From positions 1 to 41,234 of IMG/VR virus record IMGVR_UViG_3300031836_000027: a stretch of DNA of 41,234 nucleotides; one strand, written 5' to 3'. Shown here piece by piece: positions 1-8,463 of this stretch. The translations under genes were made by a program, and so were the position numbers. The notes under the pieces were generated by a model. That model had not been told where the DNA came from and did no database searches. It was given only the letters and a program-made list of their open reading frames with translations. Source of the stretch: a virus. Lineage: Duplodnaviria; Caudoviricetes. Each line of letters opens with the position of its first letter. Within the stretch, counting starts at the first letter, position 1.

Positions 1-571
1 CTTGTAATAGATCACTATCTATTTCTACATAATCAACTACATTTAATATTTCCATCGTTTCACCATTGATGGTTATTTGGATATTTCCAGTGCCATAAAT
101 CTTTATAAGAGATTCAGCCGGAGCATTCCCAAAGTATTCAAAGCTAAAATTATTAGATGTTATTTCATAGATTATAGGATCTAGGTCCGCCTTAAAAGGT
201 TCACATATAAAATCCACACCAAAGGCTCCAATGCTTCTAAATTCCTTTTGCAAATTTCCAAATATTATTTTTTTAACTATATAGCATCTATCGATCCTAC
301 CGAAAATAAGTCTGTTATCTTCTATTTCTGTAAGCCATTCATAAACCTTATCAAAATCTAATTCAAGTTCCTCTGATCTAATTGAAAAAACGAAAGGAAC
401 CACCGCATTAGGGTAAGTCCCTTTATTAATAAACAACGTTCCATTTCTGCCCTCTACTGGCACTTCATCATATTCCTCATTGCTAATAGGTACAGAGGGA
501 TAGTTTTCTAAAAATAAATTTAGATTAATACTAGTATTGTTATTAAAATATATTTCGCCCTCTTTTAGCAT
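1..571 (-). CDS. Distal tail protein (Dit), truncated by window edge
   Basis: Not in ORF track. ATG at 571 after RBS AGGTGA; MLKEGEIYFNN...EVPVEGRNGTL...GTY...FICEPF, motifs typical of Dit; directly follows the tape measure gene. Confidence 0.8.
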   Translation of the reverse strand, partial: MLKEGEIYFNNNTSINLNLFLENYPSVPISNEEYDEVPVEGRNGTLFINKGTYPNAVVPFVFSIRSEELELDFDKVYEWLTEIEDNRLIFGRIDRCYIVKKIIFGNLQKEFRSIGAFGVDFICEPFKADLDPIIYEITSNNFSFEYFGNAPAESLIKIYGTGNIQITINGETMEILNVVDYVEIDSDLLQ

Positions 572-575
572 GTAA

Positions 576-2789
576 TCACCTACCTTTATAAAAATCATTT
601 AATACTTTTTGGTTTGGAGCAACAACTGTCTGCGTAAATTCTTTACCGTCTACAATTAAGTTTGCTATAATTGTTGGGTTAATGCTCTTATTGTCAGATT
701 CATTTATGCTAGATTGACCAGTAGCACTTGCATAATCATGCTTTGCAACAACCTTGGCAGTAGTACTAGCAGTTTCATAATCCACTGTGGCACTCATTTT
801 AGCAGTTAAATTAGATAAGTTCTTTTTCATTTTATCTTCTACACTTGAAGATTCATCATCAAAACCTACAGCAACTCCTTTAGCCATCATTGCACCAACT
901 TGATCTCTAAAAATTCGAGATGGTGATTTTATTCCTAGAGCACTTTTAGCTCCATCTACTATCCCACCGAAAAAATTAGAAACTTTACTTTTTAGCCAAC
1001 CGCCTAGGCCCTTTATACCATTCCATACACCTTTTACGATATTAGCTCCTACGCTCATCATTTTACCTGGTAAACTAGCAACCGAACTAACCATACTACT
1101 TACCATATCAGCCCCAGCTTGTTTAGTCTTAGAACTTAAATTACTACCAAATTGTGCTACTTTAGCGATTGTATTAAGTAACCATGTCCACACCTTACCA
1201 GGTAATTGAGCAAAGAAGGTTATTACCGCAGATATAGCTTTACTCACAGCGCTCGTCATTTTACTATACATTTGAGATCCCCATGTTGCAATTTTAACTA
1301 TCGCACTAGCTAACCAGGTCCAAATTTTCCCTGGCAATTGGCTGAAAAAGGTAACCACTGCCCTTATCCATTTAGGTACATTAGTTACAAGATAATTAAA
1401 TGCAGCTATTCCCCACTTAATTATAGTACCAAGTGCATACCCAAGAGCAAATCCTATTCTGCCTGGCAATTGATTAAAAAATTCAATTACACTATTTATT
1501 ATTTTAGGTATTGTAGCGGCTACCCATGCTATTACACCAGCTCCCCAAGTTATAAAGTTATTATAAATATTTGTAAAGAAAGCAGCTATCTTACCAGGCA
1601 ACGCACTTACTATTGCTATAAAATTGTTAAAAACAGTAGGAATAGTTTCGGTAAAAAATGCAATAATAGCAGTCCATATTCCAACAAAGAAATCTGAAAT
1701 TGCCTGCCATACTCCTATCCAAAAAGTTCTAAACCCTTCATTTGTATTCCATAAATAAATAACACCAGCTACAAGTGCTGCTATAACCGCTATTATTAAA
1801 ATAACTGGACCACCAACTGCTGCCATAGCTGCTTCATATAACCAAGTAGCTACAGTTAATCCTTCTTGCGCTGCTTTTGCTAATTTAAAAGCTTCAACTA
1901 ACGCCATGACTATATTCGCGACCTTAAACACAAGAAGCGCTGTTCCAATTGCTATTATTCCAGTAGCTATTTCATTACTATTATCCATAACCCATGTAAA
2001 TGCTGTAATAATCCTAGGTAACCAAGTTTCTACACCCTCGGCAATTTTAGTAATTAAATTTCCAAATCCCTCTGCTAATTTATCCACACTACCTGATAAT
2101 TCTCCATCAGTTAAACTTTTAGAAATTCTACTTATGCTTTCTATTGCAGTTTTAGCAGCTTCCTTTAGAGGACCCTCCATTTTCTCATATATCTGAAGCC
2201 CTAAACCTTCTAAAGCGCTTCCCATTAGTGTCATTTGTCCTTGAAGATTATCATTCATGGTATCGGCCATAGCCTTTGCTGCTCCATCTGAGTTATTAAT
2301 AGCACCTGTCAATTTTTCATAGTCCTCAGGACTTGCGTTCACAACAGCCAACATACCTGCTAAACTTTCTTTTCCAAAAAGCGTTGCCGCTGCAGCTGAT
2401 TGCGTTGATTTATCTAATCTGCCCATTTTAGTTCTTAGTTCATCCATTACGGTCCTTAGTGGTTTCATGGTTCCATCTGTATTTTCTAGGCTTAAACCAT
2501 ATTCATCCATAACTTTTTTCATTTTTGAAGTTGGCTTAACCATATTTACTAATGCGGTTTTTAAACTAGTACCACTCAAACTTCCTTTTATTCCAGCGTT
2601 AGCCATCAATCCTAAAGCAATACTTGCATCTTCTGCGCTGTAACCCATTGCTCCAGCTAATGGTGCAACACGCTTAAATGACTCACCAAGCATTGATACG
2701 TTAGTATTAGAATTACTACTAGCAGCTGCTAATATATCTGCAAAACGTCCACTTTCCTTTGATTTCATGCCAAACGCTGTTAAAGCATC
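576..2789 (-). CDS. Tail tape measure protein, exon 2 (737 aa)
   Basis: Begins DALTAFG in the middle of the TP901-type TMP domain (NTNVSMLGESFK, GIKGSLSGTSLK, LFGKE), then hydrophobic helices and Trp/Phe-periodic repeats. Confidence 0.93.
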   Translation of the reverse strand, partial: DALTAFGMKSKESGRFADILAAASSNSNTNVSMLGESFKRVAPLAGAMGYSAEDASIALGLMANAGIKGSLSGTSLKTALVNMVKPTSKMKKVMDEYGLSLENTDGTMKPLRTVMDELRTKMGRLDKSTQSAAAATLFGKESLAGMLAVVNASPEDYEKLTGAINNSDGAAKAMADTMNDNLQGQMTLMGSALEGLGLQIYEKMEGPLKEAAKTAIESISRISKSLTDGELSGSVDKLAEGFGNLITKIAEGVETWLPRIITAFTWVMDNSNEIATGIIAIGTALLVFKVANIVMALVEAFKLAKAAQEGLTVATWLYEAAMAAVGGPVILIIAVIAALVAGVIYLWNTNEGFRTFWIGVWQAISDFFVGIWTAIIAFFTETIPTVFNNFIAIVSALPGKIAAFFTNIYNNFITWGAGVIAWVAATIPKIINSVIEFFNQLPGRIGFALGYALGTIIKWGIAAFNYLVTNVPKWIRAVVTFFSQLPGKIWTWLASAIVKIATWGSQMYSKMTSAVSKAISAVITFFAQLPGKVWTWLLNTIAKVAQFGSNLSSKTKQAGADMVSSMVSSVASLPGKMMSVGANIVKGVWNGIKGLGGWLKSKVSNFFGGIVDGAKSALGIKSPSRIFRDQVGAMMAKGVAVGFDDESSSVEDKMKKNLSNLTAKMSATVDYETASTTAKVVAKHDYASATGQSSINESDNKSINPTIIANLIVDGKEFTQTVVAPNQKVLNDFYKGR

Positions 2790-3033
2790 CATTCGTTATT
2801 ATCGGTAAGCTTTTTATCTTACCCTCTAGAAGTTTCCCTCATTTAATGAAGTGCGTTATTCTTCATCTTATCAACTGGTCATTTCCAGCTTAGATTGGCG
2901 TACCTTTTCACCTACGACTTTACGTTTAGATGTCGAAGACTCTTGGGAACATTTTATTCTATGCTTTTCATTGCAAAATAAAAAGCATAGGTTCAATTCC
3001 TACGCTCTACGGTGGATAAGAACTTTTAATTTC

Positions 3034-3915
3034 TTACCTTACCACGGGATTAATATACTCAGTTATATATTGTTTAAATTGTTGTTCTGTGTTATTCCCA
3101 TTTCCATATTTATTGTGAAATTCTTTATGACACTTTTTACATATAGTTATACCATTGTTGATATCGGTTTGATGTTCTTTATCCCAATTATAGCCATTAA
3201 TATGGTGTGCATTTAAATTGTGTCCTTTATCGTCTCCACACCATTGACAAGTGTAATTGTCTCTTTCGTAAACTTGTCTTCTCCAAGTATTATATCCATC
3301 AACAATTCTGTATCTTTCTCTATAACCTTCAGATAAACCATGTATATAATTGTGATTATTTTCTCTAAGCAAAATTAACTTCTGATGTTCGGCTTTACAA
3401 TTTTGAGAACAATAGTTGCTTTTGTTAGCAATATATTTATATCTCTGTATTTTGTTTGTTTTTCCACAAAAATCACAAGTTGCTTCAACTTCACCTCCTC
3501 TATATTTCGGGTTATTTCCACCCAGTAATATAGTCTTTTGGTGAGATGATTTGCATTCTGTTGAACAATAATGATTTTTCTTAATGCTCCCATCAGAATT
3601 TTTTAGATTACAATTTAAAACTTTAATTGGTTTACCACAATTACTGCATTCTACAATGGTATTAGCATTTTTGAAGTTAGGATTATGTTCTCCACTTTGA
3701 AATCTTCCAACCCCAATTGCTCTACATTTATTGGAACAATAAAAATGATTATTCTTCTTCAATTGACCATTTGTTATCTTTATATTTTCGTCACATATTT
3801 CACATTTCATATAAATGGGAGGGTTTCTTAATTCATTGGAACATTTTCTAGAACAACACTTTTGATTTGACTTCCCTTTAAAAATTTCATCACAATTTAA
3901 ACAGATATTTAACAT
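3034..3915 (-). CDS. Intron-encoded HNH homing endonuclease with N-terminal zinc-finger repeats
   Basis: Four CxxC...(Y/C)CSxxC repeats plus C-terminal CQWCG...AHHI...NGITICKKCH HNH motif; RBS GAGGTG. Confidence 0.9.
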   Translation of the reverse strand: MLNICLNCDEIFKGKSNQKCCSRKCSNELRNPPIYMKCEICDENIKITNGQLKKNNHFYCSNKCRAIGVGRFQSGEHNPNFKNANTIVECSNCGKPIKVLNCNLKNSDGSIKKNHYCSTECKSSHQKTILLGGNNPKYRGGEVEATCDFCGKTNKIQRYKYIANKSNYCSQNCKAEHQKLILLRENNHNYIHGLSEGYRERYRIVDGYNTWRRQVYERDNYTCQWCGDDKGHNLNAHHINGYNWDKEHQTDINNGITICKKCHKEFHNKYGNGNNTEQQFKQYITEYINPVVR

Positions 3916-3933
3916 AATATCACCTCTAATGTA

Positions 3934-3962
3934 ATTATATCACATGTCGGTAACTATGTCGC
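3934..3962 (-). promoter_or_regulatory. Internal sigma-A-type promoter for the intron ORF
   Basis: GCGACA-17 bp-TATAAT with extended -10 TG. Confidence 0.6.
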
Positions 3963-4039
3963 TAACTTTCGCTTAATCTTCCCCGTATTTCTTCGATGCT
4001 TTTTGAAGTATATTTCTATACAACCGACCAATTTAACTT

Positions 4040-4465
4040 AGTCACAATATCACTTACGCTAGCTAATTCTTCACCACTAGCGGCGGCTAAATTCATTATT
4101 CCAGGTAAACCATCTAGCATATCTGTTGTTTTCCAACCTGCTAATGCCATGAATTGAAGCGCATCAGCTGATTCAGTTGCACTAAATTTCGTGGTAGCAC
4201 CCATTTCCTTTGCTTTATCAGCCAGTTTAGTCATATCATCTGCAGTCGCGCCACTTATAGCTTTTACTTTAGACATTCCCGCTTCAAATTTTGTACCAAC
4301 GCTAATTGCATATGCACCTATTCCAAGAAGTGCAGTGCCAACCCCAGCTATTGCAACGCCTACACCTTTTAATGCGGTGCCAGCAAGCCCACTTAAACTT
4401 TTTAGACCCTTTTCAGCACCACGATTATCTATACTGGTATCAATAATTATGCTTCCATCACTCAT
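4040..4465 (-). CDS. Tail tape measure protein, exon 1 (142 aa)
   Basis: MSDGSIIIDT...FEAGMSKVKAISGAT...TTKFSATESADAL...MNLAAASGEELASVSDIVT, the TMP N-terminal domain. Confidence 0.93.
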
Positions 4466-4474
4466 ATATTTTTC

Positions 4475-4507
4475 ACCTACCTTTTTTATAAAATAAAAAA
4501 AGCAGGC
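4475..4507 (-). promoter_or_regulatory. Hairpin sequestering the tape measure Shine-Dalgarno
   Basis: GCCUGC-U7-AU pairs with AU-A6-GGUAGGU (about 15 bp with G-U pairs); the 3' arm is the RBS; no U-tract follows. Confidence 0.65.
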
Positions 4508-4521
4508 ATTGGCTCACTACC

Positions 4522-4659
4522 TTATGGTGTGGCTCTAAGCTCTGTCTTTACAATATTAATTTTATTTATTTTTTTACATCTGGGACACTTCAATTCTCCT
4601 TTTATATAATAAGCTTTTAAAAGTAGTTGATTACAGTGTCTACATCTAACCTCTTCAAT
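4522..4659 (-). CDS. Com-family zinc-ribbon regulator (45 aa)
   Basis: Not in ORF track. IEEVRCRHCNQLLLKAYYIKGELKCPRCKKIN matches the Mu Com pattern (RCxxCNKLL...EIKCPRC); ATT start after RBS AAGGTGA, or in-frame GTG at 4668. Confidence 0.82.
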   Translation of the reverse strand: MEEVRCRHCNQLLLKAYYIKGELKCPRCKKINKINIVKTELRATP

Positions 4660-4684
4660 TTTAATCACCTTCTTTTTATCCGAC

Positions 4685-4714
4685 AAAAAAGCACCTACAT
4701 TTATGTAAGTACTT
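4685..4714 (-). terminator. Rho-independent terminator after the membrane moron
   Basis: AAGUACUUACAU-AA-AUGUAGGUGCUU followed by a U-run. Confidence 0.7.
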
Positions 4715-4726
4715 AATTTGTTTCGT

Positions 4727-5221
4727 TTATAAATATATTTCTTTTGAAATTTCTTTTATTTTAATTCGTTCTCTAAGTTTTTCTATAAAGCTAAAATAAT
4801 TTAAATTTCCTGCTACTGGCTCGAATGTAATAGCCTCAAGTTCTCCAAATGTTGATTCATAATTAAGAACCATATAGCAGCGAGAATTGGTAATCTTTTT
4901 ATCACTTATCCCGCTCATACCACCGACGATAGCACCTAATGGTCCTAAAAATATACCGCCTACGATTGCTCTTCCGCCAACGCTTTTACTTTTTTCGGTT
5001 ATCTCTTTTTCGCTTATAACACCAACATTAGTTATTCTTGAATAGGGTATATAAGAAGGTGGATAGACATCATTTTTACATTTTATTTGTATATTTTGAT
5101 TTTCATTACAAAGGCTTAATTCTACATTTGCTCTTTTATTATACTGTTCTATTCCACTCATATACATCATTTTAGTTGCTATATTACCTTCTTTATTCTT
5201 TTTATTAAAAAATCCCACCAA
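4727..5221 (-). CDS. Moron-like hypothetical membrane-associated protein
   Basis: Gly-rich hydrophobic segment GGRAIVGGIFLGPLGAIVGG; has its own promoter and terminator inside the tail operon. Confidence 0.75.
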   Translation of the reverse strand: MVGFFNKKNKEGNIATKMMYMSGIEQYNKRANVELSLCNENQNIQIKCKNDVYPPSYIPYSRITNVGVISEKEITEKSKSVGGRAIVGGIFLGPLGAIVGGMSGISDKKITNSRCYMVLNYESTFGELEAITFEPVAGNLNYFSFIEKLRERIKIKEISKEIYL

Positions 5222-5250
5222 TAATCACTCCTATATAGTATTTTATAATA

Positions 5251-5279
5251 ATTGTATACTTATATAGGCAACTTTACAA
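5251..5279 (-). promoter_or_regulatory. Sigma-A promoter of the moron
   Basis: TTGTAA-17 bp-TACAAT. Confidence 0.55.
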
Positions 5280-5870
5280 TAGTTTGGATAAATCTCCACC
5301 ATTAATTAATGCATTTTCAATACTCTCAAGCTTTTCGGTTTCATCTTTGCTTACGTGACCTTGTATTTTATATAAATCTTTCATTTTTTTATATCGCACT
5401 TTTTCTTCTTTATCCTTGATCTTTGTTAAATCCATAGACCGATACCCCATAATTTTGACTATCTCATTATCCTCCTTTAAACTCTTAAATAAAGCTTTAA
5501 ACTTCCACCAATGCAAATCCGCATCTTGTAAATCAATGCCATACTGGTCTAAAAATGCGCTATAGATATAACCATCATCAAAATCAAAGTCATAAATCTG
5601 TGTACTCTTGCCCTTAGCACTTGATTTAGACTTGATTATATCTTTACCGCATCTATAAAACCAAAGTAATTGGTCCATAGCTAAATTAATATTTCTGGGA
5701 AGCTTAGGATAATAAAGTAATAGTGCCTGTTCTATTTTTTCTTTATCAGCTAACTCATTATCAGACATCATAGTTTCAAAGAGTATGCTATATCTATAAT
5801 CAAAATTAATATCACAGGTTTCTCCATCAACTATGACATCAGTTGGTAAAATATCAATAAGAATACTTAT
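5274..5870 (-). CDS. Gp15-like tail assembly chaperone, downstream (gpT-like) part
   Basis: Frame is open 33 codons upstream of the track's ATG (ISILIDILPTDVIVDG...INFDYR); motifs IYSAFLDQYGIDL and LHWWKFKAL. Confidence 0.75.
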   Translation of the reverse strand: MSILIDILPTDVIVDGETCDINFDYRYSILFETMMSDNELADKEKIEQALLLYYPKLPRNINLAMDQLLWFYRCGKDIIKSKSSAKGKSTQIYDFDFDDGYIYSAFLDQYGIDLQDADLHWWKFKALFKSLKEDNEIVKIMGYRSMDLTKIKDKEEKVRYKKMKDLYKIQGHVSKDETEKLESIENALINGGDLSKLL

Positions 5871-6220
5871 TTTTTATCGCGTCTTTGCGCTCGGTTAGGA
5901 GAATATTTACTAGTTAGTTTTTCTAATTCTTTCTTTTGCTCATTAACATTTACAATTAATTCTTCGAAAGCTTTCAAGCAAATCATTAAATTCACTTTAT
6001 CACCAAACACTGTTTTATCAGTTCCCTCACCAAAAATAGTATTAAAACAATTGAACACAGCATTACATTGCTTTCTGATCATAGCTGATAAACTTATATC
6101 TTCTATCAACTTTGATGCAGCAGCTTCTTCCTGTACTTTTTTTACAGCTTCCTCATATTTTTCAGCTGTATCAACGTCAAATATATCAACATCTTCTAAT
6201 TCTACATTATTGATTTTCAT
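5867..6220 (-). CDS. Tail assembly chaperone (gpG-like)
   Basis: Position after the major tail gene; acidic and helical; ends YSPNRAQRR. Confidence 0.75.
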   Translation of the reverse strand: MKINNVELEDVDIFDVDTAEKYEEAVKKVQEEAAASKLIEDISLSAMIRKQCNAVFNCFNTIFGEGTDKTVFGDKVNLMICLKAFEELIVNVNEQKKELEKLTSKYSPNRAQRRDKK

Positions 6221-6240
6221 TTAAATTCCTCCTATACTGC

Positions 6241-6897
6241 TTAAACTATTGTCCATACACTGTCAAGAGTCGCGGTCATAGTTACCGCTACATCCATAAA
6301 TGTAAATGTTGTTGTATCCGCAGGTATACCTACAAATTTGCTATCTACTGTACTATAAGTAATTTCAGGTACTGAAATAGCCGATATAGCACCTGTTGCT
6401 ATATAACTAAGTTCCAACGTCAACCCTGTAAACCCCGCTGCAAATGTTTTATCTGCTATAGTAAACGTGCCTTCAATTGGATCTGCACTCCCTAATAGAC
6501 TTCCACTTACCCCTAGTTCACCATCATTATCATCAAAACTATCAACTTGTACTGCGATACTGAACTTTCTTGCCCTATAAGTACCTACTGCCGTACCAGG
6601 TTGGTCTAAGTCTACGATTAAATAATCTGTTTCTGTATCGGCTCCTGTTTTTTGCATTTCTCCAATATTTCTAATATAAGTAATAGCTTTCTCACTTACT
6701 ATTTGGTCTGTGTTAAAGCTTGTTGCCCATTCATAGCCTATAATGGACTGTGTAGCACTCGATTGATTAATATACCTCTTGCTTGATGTTTGTGCACTGG
6801 GGCTTTCGTTTAACTCTGTAAATCCGGCTCCTAATAATTCAAAAGCACCTAATACGCTTAAATAGTTAGCCTGGGTCTTCCTTTTACGAATTGTCAA
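6241..6897 (-). CDS. Major tail (tube) protein
   Basis: GAGFTELNESPSAQTSSKRYI...GYEW pattern, synteny, TTG start with GGAGG. Confidence 0.75.
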   Translation of the reverse strand: MTIRKRKTQANYLSVLGAFELLGAGFTELNESPSAQTSSKRYINQSSATQSIIGYEWATSFNTDQIVSEKAITYIRNIGEMQKTGADTETDYLIVDLDQPGTAVGTYRARKFSIAVQVDSFDDNDGELGVSGSLLGSADPIEGTFTIADKTFAAGFTGLTLELSYIATGAISAISVPEITYSTVDSKFVGIPADTTTFTFMDVAVTMTATLDSVWTIV

Positions 6898-6898
6898 T

Positions 6899-7342
6899 TT
6901 AAATTCCTCCCTGTTTATAATATTTTAATCTTAATTCAATTTGATATCTTGCTTGGTCCACACTAACTGCAAATGCATAGCCTGGAGATAATACTTTGAT
7001 TTCTTGACTTTCATATCCATCATCCAGTAATGGGAAATTATCATTATTGTTTTGTTCTTCAATCCAATTTGCAAAATCAAAATAAAATCCACTGTTGCTA
7101 ATATTTTGAAGCACATCAGCTCCATAGGGTTCCCTGGATGCAAATATAAATTGAAATTGCCTGATGCTATCACCATTTACATATGTTTTAATTATTGGAT
7201 TAGTTGGAACTTCCTCAATAGAATACGCTGTTGCAAGTTCCTCCAAATAATCCACATTTACTTTTATAACACCATCTGCTCCCTCAAACTCTTGCAGGTA
7301 AGGACATAATTTTATAAAATTTCTAATTGCTTCTATGACCAT
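6899..7342 (-). CDS. Tail terminator/completion protein
   Basis: Synteny; acidic; RQFQFIF and ARYQIELRLKY. Confidence 0.6.
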   Translation of the reverse strand: MVIEAIRNFIKLCPYLQEFEGADGVIKVNVDYLEELATAYSIEEVPTNPIIKTYVNGDSIRQFQFIFASREPYGADVLQNISNSGFYFDFANWIEEQNNNDNFPLLDDGYESQEIKVLSPGYAFAVSVDQARYQIELRLKYYKQGGI

Positions 7343-7699
7343 TTATGTTCCCCCTCCTACAAAACTTGCTATAGTTGATACAATCTCGTCACCTTTTTGG
7401 AGCCACATCCTCTTATCCCATTGCTTTCCACGTAGCCCTCCACTTGAGGTACCTTGTCTGCCATTACCAGCATTAGTATAATATTGTCGCTTAGCGTAAG
7501 GGGCATTGTAAGTTACATTAGTTGGGTTTATTGTAACCATCATATCTTTTAGCCGTCCTGTCAAATAGGGTGTAAAATTATCCATTTCCCTGGCGCATGC
7601 TTTAGTAAATTCTACTTGAGCTCTACCATCTTGATTTAAATACCTTTTAAGCAAAATCTTTTGAGTTGGGTCCATTCTTACTCTTACATGGTTACTCAT
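7343..7699 (-). CDS. Neck/minor capsid protein
   Basis: TPYLTGRL...YNAPYAKRQYY...RGKQWDKRM pattern; synteny. Confidence 0.7.
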   Translation of the reverse strand: MSNHVRVRMDPTQKILLKRYLNQDGRAQVEFTKACAREMDNFTPYLTGRLKDMMVTINPTNVTYNAPYAKRQYYTNAGNGRQGTSSGGLRGKQWDKRMWLQKGDEIVSTIASFVGGGT

Positions 7700-8108
7700 T
7701 ATTTGCCCTCCACTTCAAAATGATCACTTAATTCTCGTGTAGACATTATATTTACTACATCATCATAATTATTTTCCAAATCAGCTAACCTATAAGGTTT
7801 GACTCCTGTTATCTCAAAATTAATCTCACCTTTAACAATTTTATCTCCTACCGCTAAAGTAAAATAATTAGGTCTTTCAATATCAGATAACTTTCTAAAC
7901 TGTTTTGGAGAAATATAATTATCTAATTTATCTAAAATAATACGGATGGAATCAGCTAGTAATAAACCTGTATCACTAATATTCGCATTTCTAACACCGC
8001 TCCAGTTAATCCCTTTGATTACAGTTCGCTGATACATATCATACCCAGTCATGAAATCGTAATACTTATTATAGATTGTCACACACTGGCATTTTTAAAT
8101 AATACCAT
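7699..8108 (-). CDS. Head-closure-type protein with an apparent frameshift near the N-terminus
   Basis: RBS-supported ATG at 8108 gives MVLFKNASV* (stop 8079-8081); the body continues from GTG 8082 as TIYNK...HFEVEGK. Confidence 0.65.
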
Positions 8109-8122
8109 CTAATCACCCCCAT

Positions 8123-8410
8123 TTAACCCATAAGTCTTACAGATGGGAGTGGTAGCAAGGCTTTGATATTTGATGTAATAGCCCACGCCTCAATGCCATC
8201 ACTAAAGGTAACACTCTGAACACCGTCTGACTTAGATTTTATACCTAAAGTTTTTAATAATTTAATTTCACTCGCATTTTCTATCAATTCTTCAACCGCA
8301 ATAGAGTAAGTAGTCAAAATGTAATCATCTGTATACTTCGCATTGGTACCTACATTTAAATAATTTTTAATTATAAGAATTGATTTCTGTTGTTCTTTGC
8401 TAATTGCCAT
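8123..8410 (-). CDS. Head-tail connector protein
   Basis: Synteny after capsid; GIKSKSDGVQSVTF motif. Confidence 0.65.
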   Translation of the reverse strand: MAISKEQQKSILIIKNYLNVGTNAKYTDDYILTTYSIAVEELIENASEIKLLKTLGIKSKSDGVQSVTFSDGIEAWAITSNIKALLPLPSVRLMG

Positions 8411-8433
8411 AGATACCCTCCTTTATATAAATA

Positions 8434-8459
8434 AAAGAGGGCTATTAAATAACCCTCTT
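8434..8459 (-). terminator. Terminator after the major capsid gene
   Basis: AAGAGGGUUAUU/AAUAGCCCUCUU stem followed by UUAUUU. Confidence 0.7.
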
Positions 8460-8463
8460 AATA

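Larger units (their letters stand above)
2790..4039 (-). ncRNA. Group I self-splicing intron (IA-like) in the tape measure gene
   Basis: Exon 1 ends in U; intron ends in G; removal gives in-frame SDIVT/DALTAFG; P1, P2, P3, P4, P7, P8 and P9 pairings readable in the sequence. Confidence 0.92.

Noticed and set aside
1338-2196. Plus-strand ORFs within TMP (and similar ones at 4191, 8699, 12927, 20116, 27981, 29610-31475, 39025)
   Set aside because: Antisense shadows of well-supported minus-strand genes
576-2792. 738-aa ORF as an independent gene starting at ATG 2792
   Set aside because: No RBS; the G of that ATG is the intron's terminal G, and the protein starts mid-domain
2851-3216. 121-aa plus-strand ORF
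   Set aside because: Antisense to the ribozyme core and HNH gene; no recognisable motif
2790-4039. Intein, group II intron or IS as the TMP insert
   Set aside because: In-frame stops exclude an intein; no GUGYG/AY ends or reverse transcriptase; no transposase or terminal inverted repeats
4475-4507. Rho-independent terminator before TMP
   Set aside because: Stem is not followed by a U-tract on the coding strand and its 3' arm is the RBS
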